DNA from: Chrysomallon squamiferum
Taxonomy: Eukaryota > Animalia > Mollusca
DNA: 64,000 nt
Assembly: GCA_012295275.1 (NCBI GenBank)
Contig: CM022673.1
Span: 22,630,001-22,694,000, forward strand
Reading direction: 5' to 3'
This document shows, piece after piece, positions 1-14,694 of the stretch; the first letter of the stretch is position 1; every line of letters begins with the position of its first letter. The notes under the pieces are model-generated. The model was not told the origin of the DNA. It did no database searches and was given only the letters and a program-made list of their open reading frames with translations. Both the position numbers and the translations under genes were made by a program.

Positions 1-516
1 TTCTTTATAAAACACGTATCTATAAAACAATGTATAGTGATAATGGGAATGCCTCTTTAATGTAAAATATGTAATATTATATGCAAAATATAGTATGTGA
101 GATTTTCTTTCTTATATAAATTTAACAGGCTTATACAAAACAATATGAGAAATTCTTCTTTACTAGAAGAGGCATATTATTTTCATACATGATGAGTGGA
201 ACGAAGTCGGTTATTAATACTGTTTAATAAGGAGAAAGACAGGTCAGTTGTTGTACAATCTTTAGTACTGCATCACGTCTAATAAGAAGTGACAGTCGTT
301 CTTTTCATTACAGTATACTGTATTATAACCAACAAACGACCAGCTAAATTTTACAGTTCAACATATACTGTGGTATATAAAATACCAAATAGTAAATAAC
401 ATTATATGATGAAATGCATGTTTACGATAGCCTGAGAAATAATAAACTAAGATAATGATACTGTTTGACACTTCGTGCCAATAGGCATGTCGTCCTATAC
501 TTGTTGTTTGTTTGTG

Positions 517-552
<36 letters not shown>

Positions 553-750
553 CTTTATCAAGCAGTTGTGCTTATCTAATCTGGCTTTGAATCATGAACA
601 GGCTCAGTACATACTCAGATAAGATTATACAACAATCAAAATACATTTCAAAATCCGTTTCACATGACACCAATCGGATTTACGGAACATTATTACGTTA
701 CGTACTCTTTTCTATCTTTCTTTCTTTTCTTTAACCTTCTTTATTTTTCT

Positions 751-788
<38 letters not shown>

Positions 789-2285
789 AAATAATAATAA
801 TAAATAAAAGAAAAGAAAGAAAGAAAAAACAAGAAGAAAAAATAATAATTAACGAATTTTTGAGAAGCTGAAAACATTTTTCTGAAAAAGGCCGACCGAC
901 ACTGTTGCACAATTTCTTCCCTTTTGCAACTGAGCTTGTGGAAAATCCATTTACACGTTGATGTCAAAAGTAAATTTTCAAACAATAAACAACTCATTCA
1001 TAAAACATATTTCACTCATGTACTAACACTTTTACTGCGGGTTGCGATTGTGTAATGGCTTTAGCAGGCTTGCTTGTTATTTATTTCTTTGCCGCAGTGT
1101 AAGGTTTATGGCTTGCCCTCAGAGAGACTAAGCAAAAGAAAAAAAAATGGATATTTACCGCTTCACTTATCGGTGCAACATAATCAAAACAAAAAGTCCA
1201 TGTTCTTTGATATGGTCAATTGTGTTCTCATTACAAACACGTAGGGAGGCGAAGTCAGACGTTTTGCAGCATCGAGAATAGAGAAGTATATTTGTTTAAC
1301 GCCACCTAGCGTTTTGTACACATTATTAACACATCAGTAATTATAGATATTCGTGTAAGACCTTGCAGATGTAGTAAATGGATTATAACACGAGGTTTTA
1401 ATAAGCTAATAGCAGTAAGTGTACCTGTTACTTCATGTAACAGTGTACAACAATCCACATATTTATGATGTAACAGAGAAACACTAGGCATAATAATTTA
1501 TTTATTAAAGAGAAAACGGAGTAAGGTAACTTTAAAAACAAAATTAAAACATAATAATAATAATATTAATAATAATAATAATGATGATGATGATGTGATT
1601 GATAATAACAATAATAATTGTTAATGAACTTTAATTCTTGCAGTAAGTAGATATTTATTTGGAAATAAGACATTATTCCAGAGGTTGGTTTCAACAAGTA
1701 AATAATAATTAGAAATCTGTCCAATAATAATATTTTATAAAACACTATTATAATAATTTAAAAATTTAATAGTCCTTTAAAATAACATTATATAAAAAAC
1801 AAAACAAAAAACATTCAAATATATATATAATAAAAAATTAACCTGAAAAAATATGAATACCTGTTAAAAAGTTGTAACTGTTATCAGAAGTAATTCTTTT
1901 ATTTACTTATTTATTGTTCTTCTTGTTCTTGCTCTTAGTTGTTGTTTTTTTGTTTAAAAACATTTGATTAAAAAAATAATTTAAATTAACCTTAAAGAGT
2001 TACCTTAGTCATACCATACATTATTTTTTCTTCCTCTTTTATTATTATTATTATTATTGTTATCATTATTAGTGTTGATAAAATAATTCTTCCTCCACAA
2101 TACATTTATAACCGAAAACATTAAATAACAACGGCGGCAATTGTTGTAAACAACAATGACATCAACAATAAAAATACCAATATCAAGAATAACAAATTAT
2201 TATTAATTTTTTAAAACACACACCCTAACGAAAAACAACAACAGCTAAATAAATAAATAAACTGATTAATTATTTAATACAAAAA

Positions 2286-2289
<4 letters not shown>

Positions 2290-2357
<68 letters not shown>
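2290..2357. repeat. (TAA)n microsatellite
   Basis: Directly visible. One of many (TAA/TTA)n tracts; others are near 8992, 12058, 26701, 36705, 37742, 43633 and 63369. Confidence 0.95.
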
Positions 2358-2359
<2 letters not shown>

Positions 2360-3049
2360 AAAATAAATATACAAATAAACAATATTAGAAAAAGGAAAAG
2401 AAAAGGTCTATAGAAGTCAGATAGTAATAAATGACTAAAATCATTCAAAAACAGTTTCTACAAAAAAACACTTACCTGTTAAATTAGTTATTCAAGTCAC
2501 ATATGTCTTCTTTAGACAAAATTTATCGATTTACAGAATATTAAGCAATTTTTATTCAAGAAATAACGGAATATTGCATAGAAAACAGAATTTGTCAAAA
2601 AGGCCTTTATAGTTAAAGATGTTTTTGTTTTTTTAATTTATTTATTTATCATTTTTTTAAATATTGTTGCATTTGGGTTGAGAAAAAAAAAACTTAAACT
2701 GATAAATATCTAAATAACTAAAAATATGTTGCATTTAATTCGAATTTTGAACATAGAAGTCTCAAAATCTATTTCTTCTAATTTTTATTTTATTTCATTT
2801 GTTTATTTTTATATACTTTTTAAAATTAAGTAGGCTGTTGATCTGTCGTGAGTTCTTTCTGTGTATATCTTCTTTACACAATAGTAACACAACTCACTGT
2901 GAGAATGATAGTAAGAAGTTTGGAAAAATGTCGGCAAGTCATTCTCTGTTTAGTTAGGTGTCGAGAATACCTCGAATATCAGCGCTTCCGGGAAATGTGT
3001 GCGTAATCCACGAACGATTGTTTTGAATGTCAGTGTTTTTCAACACCTG

Positions 3050-3810
3050 CGTCCTTAACCGCTAACAACAAAAATGGCACCATCGGATCCTTGCTGGAAA
3101 AAATAAACTGAACCTGCTGTCTTCGCTAAGTTCTTAACTACCACGATGAAGGAGTGAAGAATATGTATGTTAGTTTTGAGAGGAACTTTATACTATTTAA
3201 TACAGCTCTATCATAACAGTTTTAGTAAAATATTAATATCTGAATGTTCGAGTTTTATTAGCAAGTCCTAACATTAGGTTTAACTTTATAATTAATTTCT
3301 GTTCGTGTCCATACTGGTCTGTTTTCAGTTTAAGCTAATGCTTAACAACTAACACATACAAGAACACAGGTTTTTGGGTGGGGTTTTTTACGGGAATATA
3401 AAATATCCTTTCATGCTGTATTGACCATGGAGTGGCAGGAGCAGGTTTCCTTTCTCATTTGAAAAAGACATATTTAGCATTTAATTTTAAGACCTGCTGT
3501 CTTTAAAAATGTTCATCATTTACTGCCACCATTTTATTTCTGAAAAGATTGTGCATAAAAACTGTGATCTAGTTTAACATTCAGACAGAGTTGTGGCGTT
3601 TTCTTTGGTGTAATCAGCTTGCACTGGATGACTTCACATCAGTTTGGCTGAAGGACAAGGAAAAACAAGAAGGTCTTTCAGGCCCGAGTTCATTACCCTT
3701 TGGCATAACAAAACATGAAAGATCAATCAAGCCATCGCTTGACCACCGAAATGGATGCATTTACTTTGACCAAGTCTTACCTTTGATGTAGAATAAAAGA
3801 AAATTGTTGC
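3050..3810 (+). other. Candidate short two-exon transcript (lncRNA or ~70-aa microprotein)
   Basis: Promoter-like motifs at 2985-3080, donors at 3165 and 3169, acceptor TTCAG| at 3584, an open frame 3585-3791, and AATAAA directly after the TAG (3792). Confidence 0.35.
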
Positions 3811-5843
3811 TGGTACTACTTATTTAACCTCCTCCCCACATTTTTTTCTTGTACTTTTTAAAACGCATGTTGATCAGAATAACCATTGTAGTTCTGTGCG
3901 GTCTAGTTAAAGAAACCCTCGTTAATTTTTAGTTAAATAAATGCTTCAAACGAGTTAATGTTTAAAGATATTCGACACATTTAGTGTTAATTGTTGCTAA
4001 TATTATCTTAGAAAGGACTACCTTTATTGTTACATGTTGTCTACTCACAGCATATACAACAGAAACACTTTTTAAGGCCTTTGGCACATTTTATTTATTT
4101 ATTTACTGTAGCATAGACTGGAACAGGAACTAAAATGCCCAGTGCGAGAACTGAAGAGGATTGATCTAAACGTTACTATCGTCTTTTTCTGTAGGACACA
4201 GTGGTTTTCAGATCAGTAGTTAATTTTGTTATTTCGATACTGTTTCTGCAATGTACATGTTTTTATTCATTAAGCTGATTTATATTTATTTTTTATTTTT
4301 ATTTTTCTTTATTTTTATTTACCTAGATAAGTTTTTCTTTAAGCATAAATCCGTACTTAAAGGTGAGATGACTTTAACTGATATAATTATCTCTCTTGCT
4401 TCTCGGATTAATGCAAATACATACATATAAACACCGCCTGAGAAATACGTGTTTATAATTTTTATATATATATGTAAACAGAAATAATAAAGAATATTTA
4501 GTAACAATATACAATTTGCAAACTAAAATGTGGTCTGCTTATCACGTTTTAATGTAATATGTTCTGTCTTGTGTAATTAACCGAAATAATTGAATGGGTA
4601 AACCGCTAATAAAAGTTATACCTAGTCGGGTAACAGAAGTGAATAAATTAATAAAAAGGCAGTTCACTTGATTTAATGTGACCAAATATAATTATGACAA
4701 GGGAATTAAAACATACGTTATTTATAATTAAAATAGTTTTATGTTTATGTGTTCCTATATATTCGTTTATTCGATTTGGAGTCGTTTGTACAGCTATAAA
4801 ATGTGGAACTATCTTGTATTTATACCACAATTCTTCTTCTTTGTTTCGCTTTCTCAGCCTCTGTTTTCTTCACTTAAGTTATATTTAACTCGTATTGTTT
4901 TGGTTGTTATTATTGTCCTGCCAGCCAATGCGGTTATTTTATTTTTAATATTATCAAAGCGGATACTGTTTTCAATTAACAGACACTGGTTAAAGTTAAT
5001 GTCTTAACCCTATTACAATCAAATAATAAAACAGATGCAACCCCTATGCATTCATATTATCTGCTTTCTTCACAACACATTTGTGAATTTAATATTAATT
5101 GTGTGATAACAGAATTGGAGAAGGACAGCACGTATTTTGGTAACGTCACCGAGTTTCAGAATGATTCATTAGTAATATTTATTTTATTTTCAGATTATTC
5201 ATTAAAAATAGAAATATCCATAATACAAATAATAAAAAACTGGCCCATGCTGCTAATTTTCACATGACTTTACAAGGACATCAATAACAACAGCAACAGT
5301 GAAGCTGATCACTTTCTCGCCAAGCACTGGACAGTGTTTTCACGGCTTGTTAATTATCCAGAGAATTACATGCATAATAATGTCTCTATGTAACCCCAGT
5401 CTGTGTCTGTTATCGTTTATTATGACCTGATCAAAGAAAGTGCGGCGTCTACGTTCTCCTTAATACGTGTCCACGGTTTTGATTTATTTGGCGAGCATCT
5501 TCAGATATTGACCATCATGCATCATTCTTAGTGCAGCACCTGTCAATTACCCACTTTTAATTGGTTGCTGATTAATGTGTTTCCCTCTGAACTGTAATTA
5601 TTCAAAAGTGCAGTTAGGTAATAATGGGAGAAGGATGTAGACATAACGGAAATGTTTAGTAGAAACTTCCTGGGATACGTAGAAAGAGAAAGGAACAGGT
5701 AACTGATATTAACTTTTAGAAAACTTTTACAGCCCTCTCACCCCCCAAAAAAAATCAAATCAAACTAAATCAAATAAATCAAAATAAAATACAGTAAAAT
5801 AAAATAAAATAGAATAAATAAATAAATAAAAACAAACAACAAA

Positions 5844-5876
<33 letters not shown>

Positions 5877-8800
5877 TATTATTATTATTATATAACATCA
5901 GCACCTTTTAAACATTCATTCCATACTCTGTGTCATCCTTACCCATACATCCGTAGTTCACTTATTCAACTTGGTTTAGATATTATGTTTCTACTTTGTC
6001 TTTGATGTATCTATCCTTGTCTTCTATTTTCTTCTTCTTCTTCTAAGGCTGGTTATTCTTGTTTTTATTGTTATTATTTAATAAAGCCAACCCGAGTAAC
6101 AGAAATGTAATGACTCTCAATAAGAATTAAAAATAATTTATAGTATTGAACATAAAGTGAATTTTTTTTCTTGAACACTCATACAAATATGTGAAAGATA
6201 TTTTTTAGAGGAATGGAACCAGTGCAAGAGAATAAAGCAAACTATCGAAGAAGAGAATTCAAATATATATATATATTATCACTAACAAAGATTGTCTTTA
6301 GATTTTGTTAATTTATGTGGCACGAAAGAGTGTAGCTCATCAAGGAGTCAAAACTGTATCCTTTAACGGCAGATGACAGTGGAATGTGCAGTGTATGCAG
6401 CCAGTGCAGTATCGACGTAGCATGACGTGTTCTGTCAGAATCAATCAGAACATAAATAAAACTACATGTCAACATATACATTTTCTACATAGCATTTCAA
6501 ACAAACAGTTATCCAATCTCTCTTTCTTTTTTCTTTTTTTGTCAGTCCATACCTCTCTTTCATCTTGTCTCTGTCTATAATACATACATATTAAACACAC
6601 ACACTCACACATATGAAGTTAATGAAGAAAAGAAAATATTGCTTATAAACTGACAAAATATATAAAACATTAACAGTAAGGGAAATTTTACGTTTTGCTG
6701 TTCAAGCAAAAGGTTATTTTCAAATGAGTACAATTGCTGAATAGATGTCGTCATTGAGCTTTTAAACTGTAAAAGTTAAATGGCTAAACTATTAAAAACA
6801 ATTCACAGAATTATTAAATATTAAATTTGTCTCGAAATAAGATAGATACAGCAATAATGTATACCACAACTGCAACACTGTCATAATGTATTTGCTTTGA
6901 TGATAGAAATTAAAATGAACTATGTTCCGGAAATGTAATGGACATATTCCCATGATACAGTGTGCTTGATTCCGCCACCTGAACAATCAGTCTGGGCAAA
7001 TCATGCTGTAAAAGACACCGTAAAGTATTCATTTTCATTACAAAGTCCGTTTATTTTCCGGCGAGCGAAAAGGGAATACTGGGTGTGTATTGATGTTACG
7101 CCTCACCAGCAACACGTAATTAGCGAGGCGGGCGGAGCGGGGATGGACTGGGACACGGGATGCAAGTTGTGACAGGTGTTTTCTTCACAGCGAACAAAAA
7201 CAACAGTGTAATCAAAATTACTCTTTGTCAGAGCAAGATAACAAAAGTGTTACTGCTGTGCCAAGCAGTTATTATTTTATTTATTTGTTTTTCTTGATTA
7301 TTATAACGGAGACAATGCAAGCTACCTTTACTTAACATAATTAAATCGCTAATGGTGAAAGGTGGCATGAATAATTATTATAATAATCATTGTTGTTGTT
7401 CTTGTTGTTATTGTTTAGGTTTTTGTTGTTGTTAAGAACTAGTTAACAAGAAAATCTGACACATTTTAATGAAATTTTAAATTACACTTTATATCACTTG
7501 ATCATTATTATGTCAACTTTAAAATTAATTACCTTTATAATTTTTACTGTGAATGAGAAAAACATAAATTTAACTAATAAAACAATTACATTTAGTTTTT
7601 ATGCGAAACAGAAAAATAACCGTATAGTTTTCAGCATTTAAATTTTTCTTTTCTTTATTATCTATAATGATCTGATTAGATATCAGTAATGATTTTACAG
7701 CAATGATATTAGCGTAAGACATTTTTCAGATTTATTGTTAAACTTTAATGCTGTATTTTATTCTTGTGTTTTTATGGTGAGACATGGATGTATGTGTGTG
7801 TATGTATGTTGCAGCGCGCGCGAGCAACAGTGCTGATTTTTATGAAAAGACGCCTGCTAATATTATGGACTACTCTTTTGAATTATTAGATTTCTTTATT
7901 AAAGAAATTTCTTATTACTTCCTAAGACACAAAACACAGAAATGAAAATATCCCAGTGATACTACCGGTGAAAAATTATTTTCTTATTTTACGAAATAAT
8001 TATATCGATGCTGCATGTGAATAAACAGTAATTATTAGATAGGTTAGCTTTAATTAATTTTTAGACTCATCCTTCATTGCATAATATAAAGTATTCATAC
8101 TGCGACAGATAAACCTCAAGCTTTCGGGATAGTTGCAAATCACAATATCTCGCGAAATTATTAATATACATCTAATAATAATAATAATAATAATAATAAC
8201 AACAATAACAACAACAACAATAAATAGTTAGATAGACAGATAGATAAACAAATAAATAAATAAATAAATAAATAATTTTAGAAAATGAAACCATTTAACT
8301 AAAGCTTTTGAATCAGTAATGAACGTTATGCGACATAATAGTCGATGAAACCTTGTTTTGGCGCCAAAGTCTGCATGCAGTCCGGAGCCTAAATATTTGC
8401 GAAGTATTAGCATGTAAGAATGAGAAAATTTCTCAGAAGCAGACACGATTCGGTGGTGAGCATGTGAGTTAGTTGATCTACTTATAAGAATTTCGTCTTG
8501 CTCAGATTCATTTCCCTCCGGGGGGACTTGTTTTATGTAGGAAATAAATTCCTTTCTGGTCTGTAAAGCACGGTATAACCAACTTTTTGTCTCTAGTATT
8601 AAATTCTGTTACATACTTTTTTCTTTTTGTTTTTATTATTATTATTATAGTTAGAATCAGGATTTTCTCTTTCATGCTTAAACATTTTAATTTCTGTATA
8701 AAAATAACTTTAATGTACGTTTTTATCGATACATATCTCATGACTCTACAGACGTGTATGGTATTAAATAACTATTAATAACGAGTACAGACACATATCT

Positions 8801-8990
8801 TTCAGCAGACAGCGACAACGTGACTGCTATTATTACAGATTTAAAAGATGAAGAAAGTAGTAAGATGTGAGAAAATTTGTTTCCTGTCACATTCTCACTG
8901 TAGATACCTGTTTCACGTCATGATAAGCAGAGCACCGCAGCATGTACAGTCTAACTAGACATGCAGACAAAAATATCAAGTTATCATGAA

Positions 8991-9038
<48 letters not shown>

Positions 9039-9664
9039 TATAATAATAATAATAATAATAAACGATCTAAGTACTTGAGATTATTAATTTATTTCTTATT
9101 TTGTGAATAAACCGCATATTTAAATTTATTCCTTAATGACTTTACACGGTTCTATCTTTTATTTCTTTAATTGTGAACTTTGTTAGTACAGCTAATACTT
9201 GTATTCCTGTATTAATTGGAATACGTGTATCTATTTAGTCTTCTTATAATTAAACGGATTTAGTTATCAGTGCTTTTGGCTGCGATAGTAGTTTATTACT
9301 AGGTGAACGTTTGTGGTGTGCAGAGGTCTGGGCCAACTCCTTGACTGTGTGCCCCAAAGACTCAAGAATAGGGCCTGGTACTGAGAAATATTATGAGAAA
9401 GGAAGATATTTTGAATATGTAACACAAATGAAACATACAATAAACACTTTATTTGATTTAAATATCTTCGCCTATTCGCCCCCTACCCCACTGCACGCCA
9501 CTGATAACCCTCAAAGTGATAGTTTGAGTCCTTTACAATGATATGAATCAGTCTGCTAATTTATTCGATTCGACTCGGTACGATTTTTACCGTAACAAAG
9601 AAAATCGGGAAGATACTCATTGACTCATTATTGATAATGTGGAAGAATACTGCCAGAAAGACGA

Positions 9665-10113
9665 GATATCCAGTCAGAACATACCCGGCACTCGGATCAA
9701 AGTGATTCAAAACGTCCCTTGAGCAAAACGTCAGCTCATATAACTATTAAGTATATGGGTATATCATTATTTGTGTTTTTCTCATAGCTTTCTTTTCACA
9801 GTGCTGTTAAAATGCTAATGCAAAATAATAGGTGGAAAATATGTGTCATTAGCTATGAAACAACATTTTGACACAATATTATTAATGCAAAGACAACAGG
9901 GACAATTTTTTTAAAATTTGGGACCAGTACATTTCAGAAATAATAACACTGAAAATACAGACTGAAAGAAAAACGCGGCGATCTAATATGATCCATAACT
10001 GAATTTGACTGAATACTGACTTTGAAATAGGGACATTTTGACCAGTGGACGTTTTGGCTCAGTACGTTTCGAAAGGCGAAAATTTTGGCTTGGGGACGTT
10101 TTGACTGGAAACC
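9665..10113. mobile_element. Degenerate foldback/MULE-like element with sub-repeated TIRs
   Basis: The left arm has GATATCCAGTCAGAACATACC followed by TCAAAACGTCCC and CAAAACGTC copies. The right arm has several GGAC(G/A)TTTTG(A/G)C copies ending GGGGACGTTTTGACTGGAAACC. The termini match at 16/21 positions as inverted repeats. No TSD is visible. Confidence 0.65.
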
Positions 10114-12056
10114 ACATAGACACTTAAACTAATCAAAACGATATATATATATATATAAAAAAGACAAAAAAAGAAAGAAAAAAAGACAGGCTGACAGTAT
10201 TAATATTTGTAGCAGTATTGCTGCGATCCAGTCAGATTAATCATGTTGGAATATTTTATCAATTTTAATTCTTCCAGTAGACTCCATTTATTTTAAATAG
10301 TTATTTAAATTAAGATCGCCAGTATGCAAACGGTATACGTGTTTATGATACTGAACTATAGTATTTATTATTTTGTCGCTGTAATTTGCTGGGTTATTTT
10401 TATTATTATTTTGTCTTAAACAGTTTGTTAACTCCGTAAATTCCGTTCATAACTCGTTAACGTTATTACAGTATTAGCTGAACTTTTCGTCCATGAAACT
10501 CGAAGAACTTTCATCTTCATTAGCACAGCACACTAATTATTTTGATCAATTCATTATAATTTTTACTTACTCTTATTAAGGGTTATGAACAGTCCCCGAA
10601 TAATCTTCATTAAATAAAAATATTTCTTCTTTTTTTAAAATAGAAAATCGTTCATTTGTTGTGTTCTCATCATTTGCTTCTTTCCTTGGTAAATAAATGA
10701 AATTAAAGGGTTATTGTATTTAGTACATTTGATATTTTTAAAATTTATTAGATGATTGGGATGATTGTAGAACGTTTAAATAACAAATGTTAAAAACTAC
10801 AAATATATATAAACACACGCATACACGCACACACATTTTTTTTATTTCAATTTTTTTTTTTTTTTTTTTTTTTGGTATTAAACAGTGTAAGATACAGATT
10901 TTATGTTTTTAACAAATTACAAATGATAACAACAACTAAAGCTATTATTAAGTAAAACTCTTTTTTTTTTAGTCATGATTACATTAAATAATCTATTCTG
11001 TTTTTTTTTCTTTCTTTTTTCGCGAGCCCAGCAGCTCGAGTAAATGCTAGTGTAAATCTCCATGAGTGCAACACCTTTCTCCAGGGTTTTGTCAGAAGGC
11101 CACACTGCTTTCCCACTGTTCTTATAGGTGACACAATGCTGCAGATATTCCTAGGGGTTTTGGCATGTTCCAGGTTATCCAATACGTGAATCATTAATCC
11201 TAAACACCCCCCTCTACAAAGAAAAGCATAAACAATGATATAAATATAAAATATTTTATGTTTCTTATTATTAGTTCTTGACTCTTTGTTTTAGAAAATT
11301 TTGTAAGATTCCAGAACACCGTAAAAATGAACAAATGAAGGAAAAGATGATACAAGATTAACGATTCCTCTTCCCGCGAGAGAGATTCAATTTATTTAAC
11401 GTTTGTGCAGAAACATCTGACATTAACGTCGAACAACCAATTAAAACAGACAATTTATTTTGCTGAAATTAAAATATCAACCTAACCGAGGATACGAAAC
11501 TGCTTAGGACTGCTGACTTCATCGAAAGATTACGAAAAATGACGGATTCTGGTTTTTGTCAAGTCCCGTAAAGCCGTATCAGAATTAACGTCCCAGCACT
11601 TGCTCTGTTGGAGTCCACTTATTGCTAGTGATATTTGAACCTGGTTTATACACTGCACGTATAGATATATTATACAGGATATCTATTAGCTAAACGAGGA
11701 GAACGGAAAAGACTCCGGTAACAAATTTATAAGCAAAGTATCTTTCTTCACTGCGGTATATGGACATATAGAGAGAACCATGGTAAGTAAAATGAATGAA
11801 TAAAAAAGAAACAAAAGCATAAATAAATAAATAAACAAATAAATAAGATATAGTGAGTATACATTTTTTCTAAAATTATATATCTGTATTCTTTCCAAAA
11901 TATATGTTTGTTTATTCTATTTTAAAAACTTCTGTATAATTATAAAACTATCTCTGGGTTTTGCTTACAAATATTTCTTAATATAAAATCTTTTGTTTTG
12001 CTTACGAAGCCTTTATAATGTTGAACATTCCAAGATTTCGTATTCAAATCTTACTA

Positions 12057-12120
<64 letters not shown>

Positions 12121-12780
12121 TTAAATAAATAAATAAATAAATAAATAATTATTAGAAAAACAAACAACAAATAACGGAAATATTCTTTGCCAGATATAGT
12201 CCCAAGCTTCACTTCTTCTTCTTCTTTTTCTTCATTATAAAGACACATAAAGCATTTCTGGTAAACAAATTTCTTAATACTAGGATGCAGTGTAATTCTT
12301 TTAAATCTCAAGGACTGCCAGTAGGTATCAAGAATGTCAGTTTCCGGTTCGTTCGCATGAGAAAATGAAATTTAATGTTGCCATTCAATTAAGATGTGAA
12401 AAAAGACTCTAACCGCCCGTGGCTTCATATAAACTGAAATTTGTAGTAGGTCTTCGTTTTCTCTCCCCTCTCTGTATTTTCTCACAAAATGATACAGTCC
12501 AAAATAAGGGACTATTTTCTCGCAGCTGCTTCGACCACATTAACAACTTACAATGGTTTACATGGAGCAGAAGTGGGTTTCAAAAACGTCTTCAAAACTG
12601 AGTGAAGAGGCACTCTGAATGTGTTGGTGAACAATGGTCAGCGTACTACATCTGTAAGAGTTTGTATATTCAAAAAGTAAATTCTCTTTAAATGAAACTT
12701 TCTGAAGTCCTGGAAACCTGGGATAACGAGAAGGATCTATGTCGAAATAAATATATTAAGGCATACATACAGGCACATAC

Positions 12781-12893
<113 letters not shown>

Positions 12894-14039
12894 AATTGGC
12901 ACGTTTGTTGCTAAGCTGAATATTTATACATTTTCGTTTATAGTTACATTCTGAAAATATTTATTTGTTGTTTTTTTTACATTTTTTATCCTGTATATTT
13001 TGTCAAAATCTTCATTTTAGGAAGCATATTAAACAGACAAAAACAAAGAAAGTTTGAGAAGCATGGGTCACTGTAATTTAACGCGTCTTTGATTAATAAT
13101 TATAATATCTTAACATCACGCTAAGCAAGAGCTTTTAATTTTGACGGATTGTCGTTAAAACCAGGTCTCTTGGCATGATATGTTGCAAACTGCAAAAGGA
13201 AAACGATGTAAACTTTGCCAGTGAAAGAAGCAAAAACAAACTGCTTCTTCAAATATCGGCCGGTAATTCATCATTCAGTCACAAGAGGGTATGCAACACG
13301 CACGTGCTGCGCTGTGACGATGAGCGCTGTTTTCAAAGACGTGCCGAGAAATTTTGTGTGGGTTAACTGACAAAGAAGCACGTTGATGGATTTGATGTTT
13401 GTTGTGATATTATTTTACATGTTACTCTCCTACAATAAGCACTAGATATTCGCACTTGCAACAGTCGACGCGCACTCTATTTGGCTGATTCTCTACGTAC
13501 AAGAGCATGCATTAGCATGTCATTAAGATCACCAAGGAAAGGGTTTATTTTGAAAGATTTAGTTTCAAAACAAGGTGGTGGATAGATAACACAAACTGAT
13601 ATGAGTATCTAAACATGAGACCGAATTAGCTTAAACTTTTGAAAAGACACGAAACTCCCAGAAATTCTAAATATTAAGATTACGTAGATAGCTTAAACTT
13701 GCCAACAATATTCTGGTTTTAAAAATGCATATAAATACATACATACATACGCATGAACGTACACACACATGCATGCACACATATGCCACATGCGAACATG
13801 CATAAAAAACACTAAGAAAATTAATTTTATTTTCAAATTCTACAACTGAAATATTTACACATCATGGTATTGTGGTAATAAACATATAAATAACAACGCA
13901 GTTGCACCTGCTGCAGTCACGGTTGTGAATGGATGGATATAGTGACGGTGATGTAACCGTACCTGGTGTACCTACAACGTTAAACATAGTGGATTCATAT
14001 ACTATACAGCAATTACAGATGTCAGCATTAATACTGGCA

Positions 14040-14330
14040 AAAGGAGGAAACTTGGAACTGGTCCAGGCGCGTGATTGGCATCGTATTCGTCTGCTTCTGC
14101 TCGGAGCGCGCGCTCTGACGCGCGTGTCGGTCAAACTCACGTAGGTAGAGGCGGGCTGGATACAGCTTGGTGCAGAAAAACCAGAAGCGTGGTACCAAAC
14201 ACTTGTGGGATTATTAGGTTAACTTTCACATTCTGCTCTATGTTAACTGGAAGACTAAATATATATATTATTTTTATTATGACATTCCAAAACGAATGAA
14301 ATACAGGATAAGACGACTTCAGTGCTCGGC
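14040..14330 (+). promoter_or_regulatory. Putative twist proximal promoter
   Basis: CpG-rich patch upstream of the CDS with a reverse CCAAT box (ATTGG ~14074), the perfect palindrome GAGCGCGCGCTC (14104-14115), a GC-box-like GAGGCGGGC (~14148), a TA-rich TATA-like run (~14258) and an Inr-like TCAGT (14319). The TSS cannot be fixed from sequence. Confidence 0.55.
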
Positions 14331-14694
14331 TGATTATGTTTTTGGTTTTGTGCTACAATTATTTTCGTGTTATTGTGTAGTTCTTTGTTTCTTTGAATTG
14401 AAGCCATAGTTTATAGACTAATGGATCTTATAAATATAACAAATCTATGAAACAATTTTGATTTGGAGTCAGATAAATACACTCGTCAGTGAAATTCGTA
14501 AACTATCAATAAAGAAGAATCTTTGACCAGTGGTTCTTTTTATTTTGAAAAAATAATGGACAATGTGAGAAAATTGTAGCTAATGAAAGAAGATTAATTT
14601 AAAACTAAATAAAATAAATTAAAATTCTGCAGACTTTGAAAAAAGAAACACCAGTGAGGAGTTGACGTACATTTTGCTGGATGTTGTTAACAAA

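Noticed and set aside
8866-8898. Head-to-head Su(H)/CSL sites TGTGAGAA…TTCTCAC
   Set aside because: The spacer is 18 nt, outside the 15-17 nt of canonical paired sites.
11061-11075. 15-mer CATGAGTGCAACACC repeated at 52081
   Set aside because: The flanks are unrelated, and an isolated 15-nt match can arise by chance in 64 kb.
13760-13802. CACATG/CATATG cluster as a Twist autoregulatory site
   Set aside because: It is embedded in a decayed CA/TA microsatellite that generates these hexamers by itself.
14662-14694. Track start of the Twist ORF at 14662
   Set aside because: It is a TTG. The first in-frame ATG is at 14695 and has strong context.
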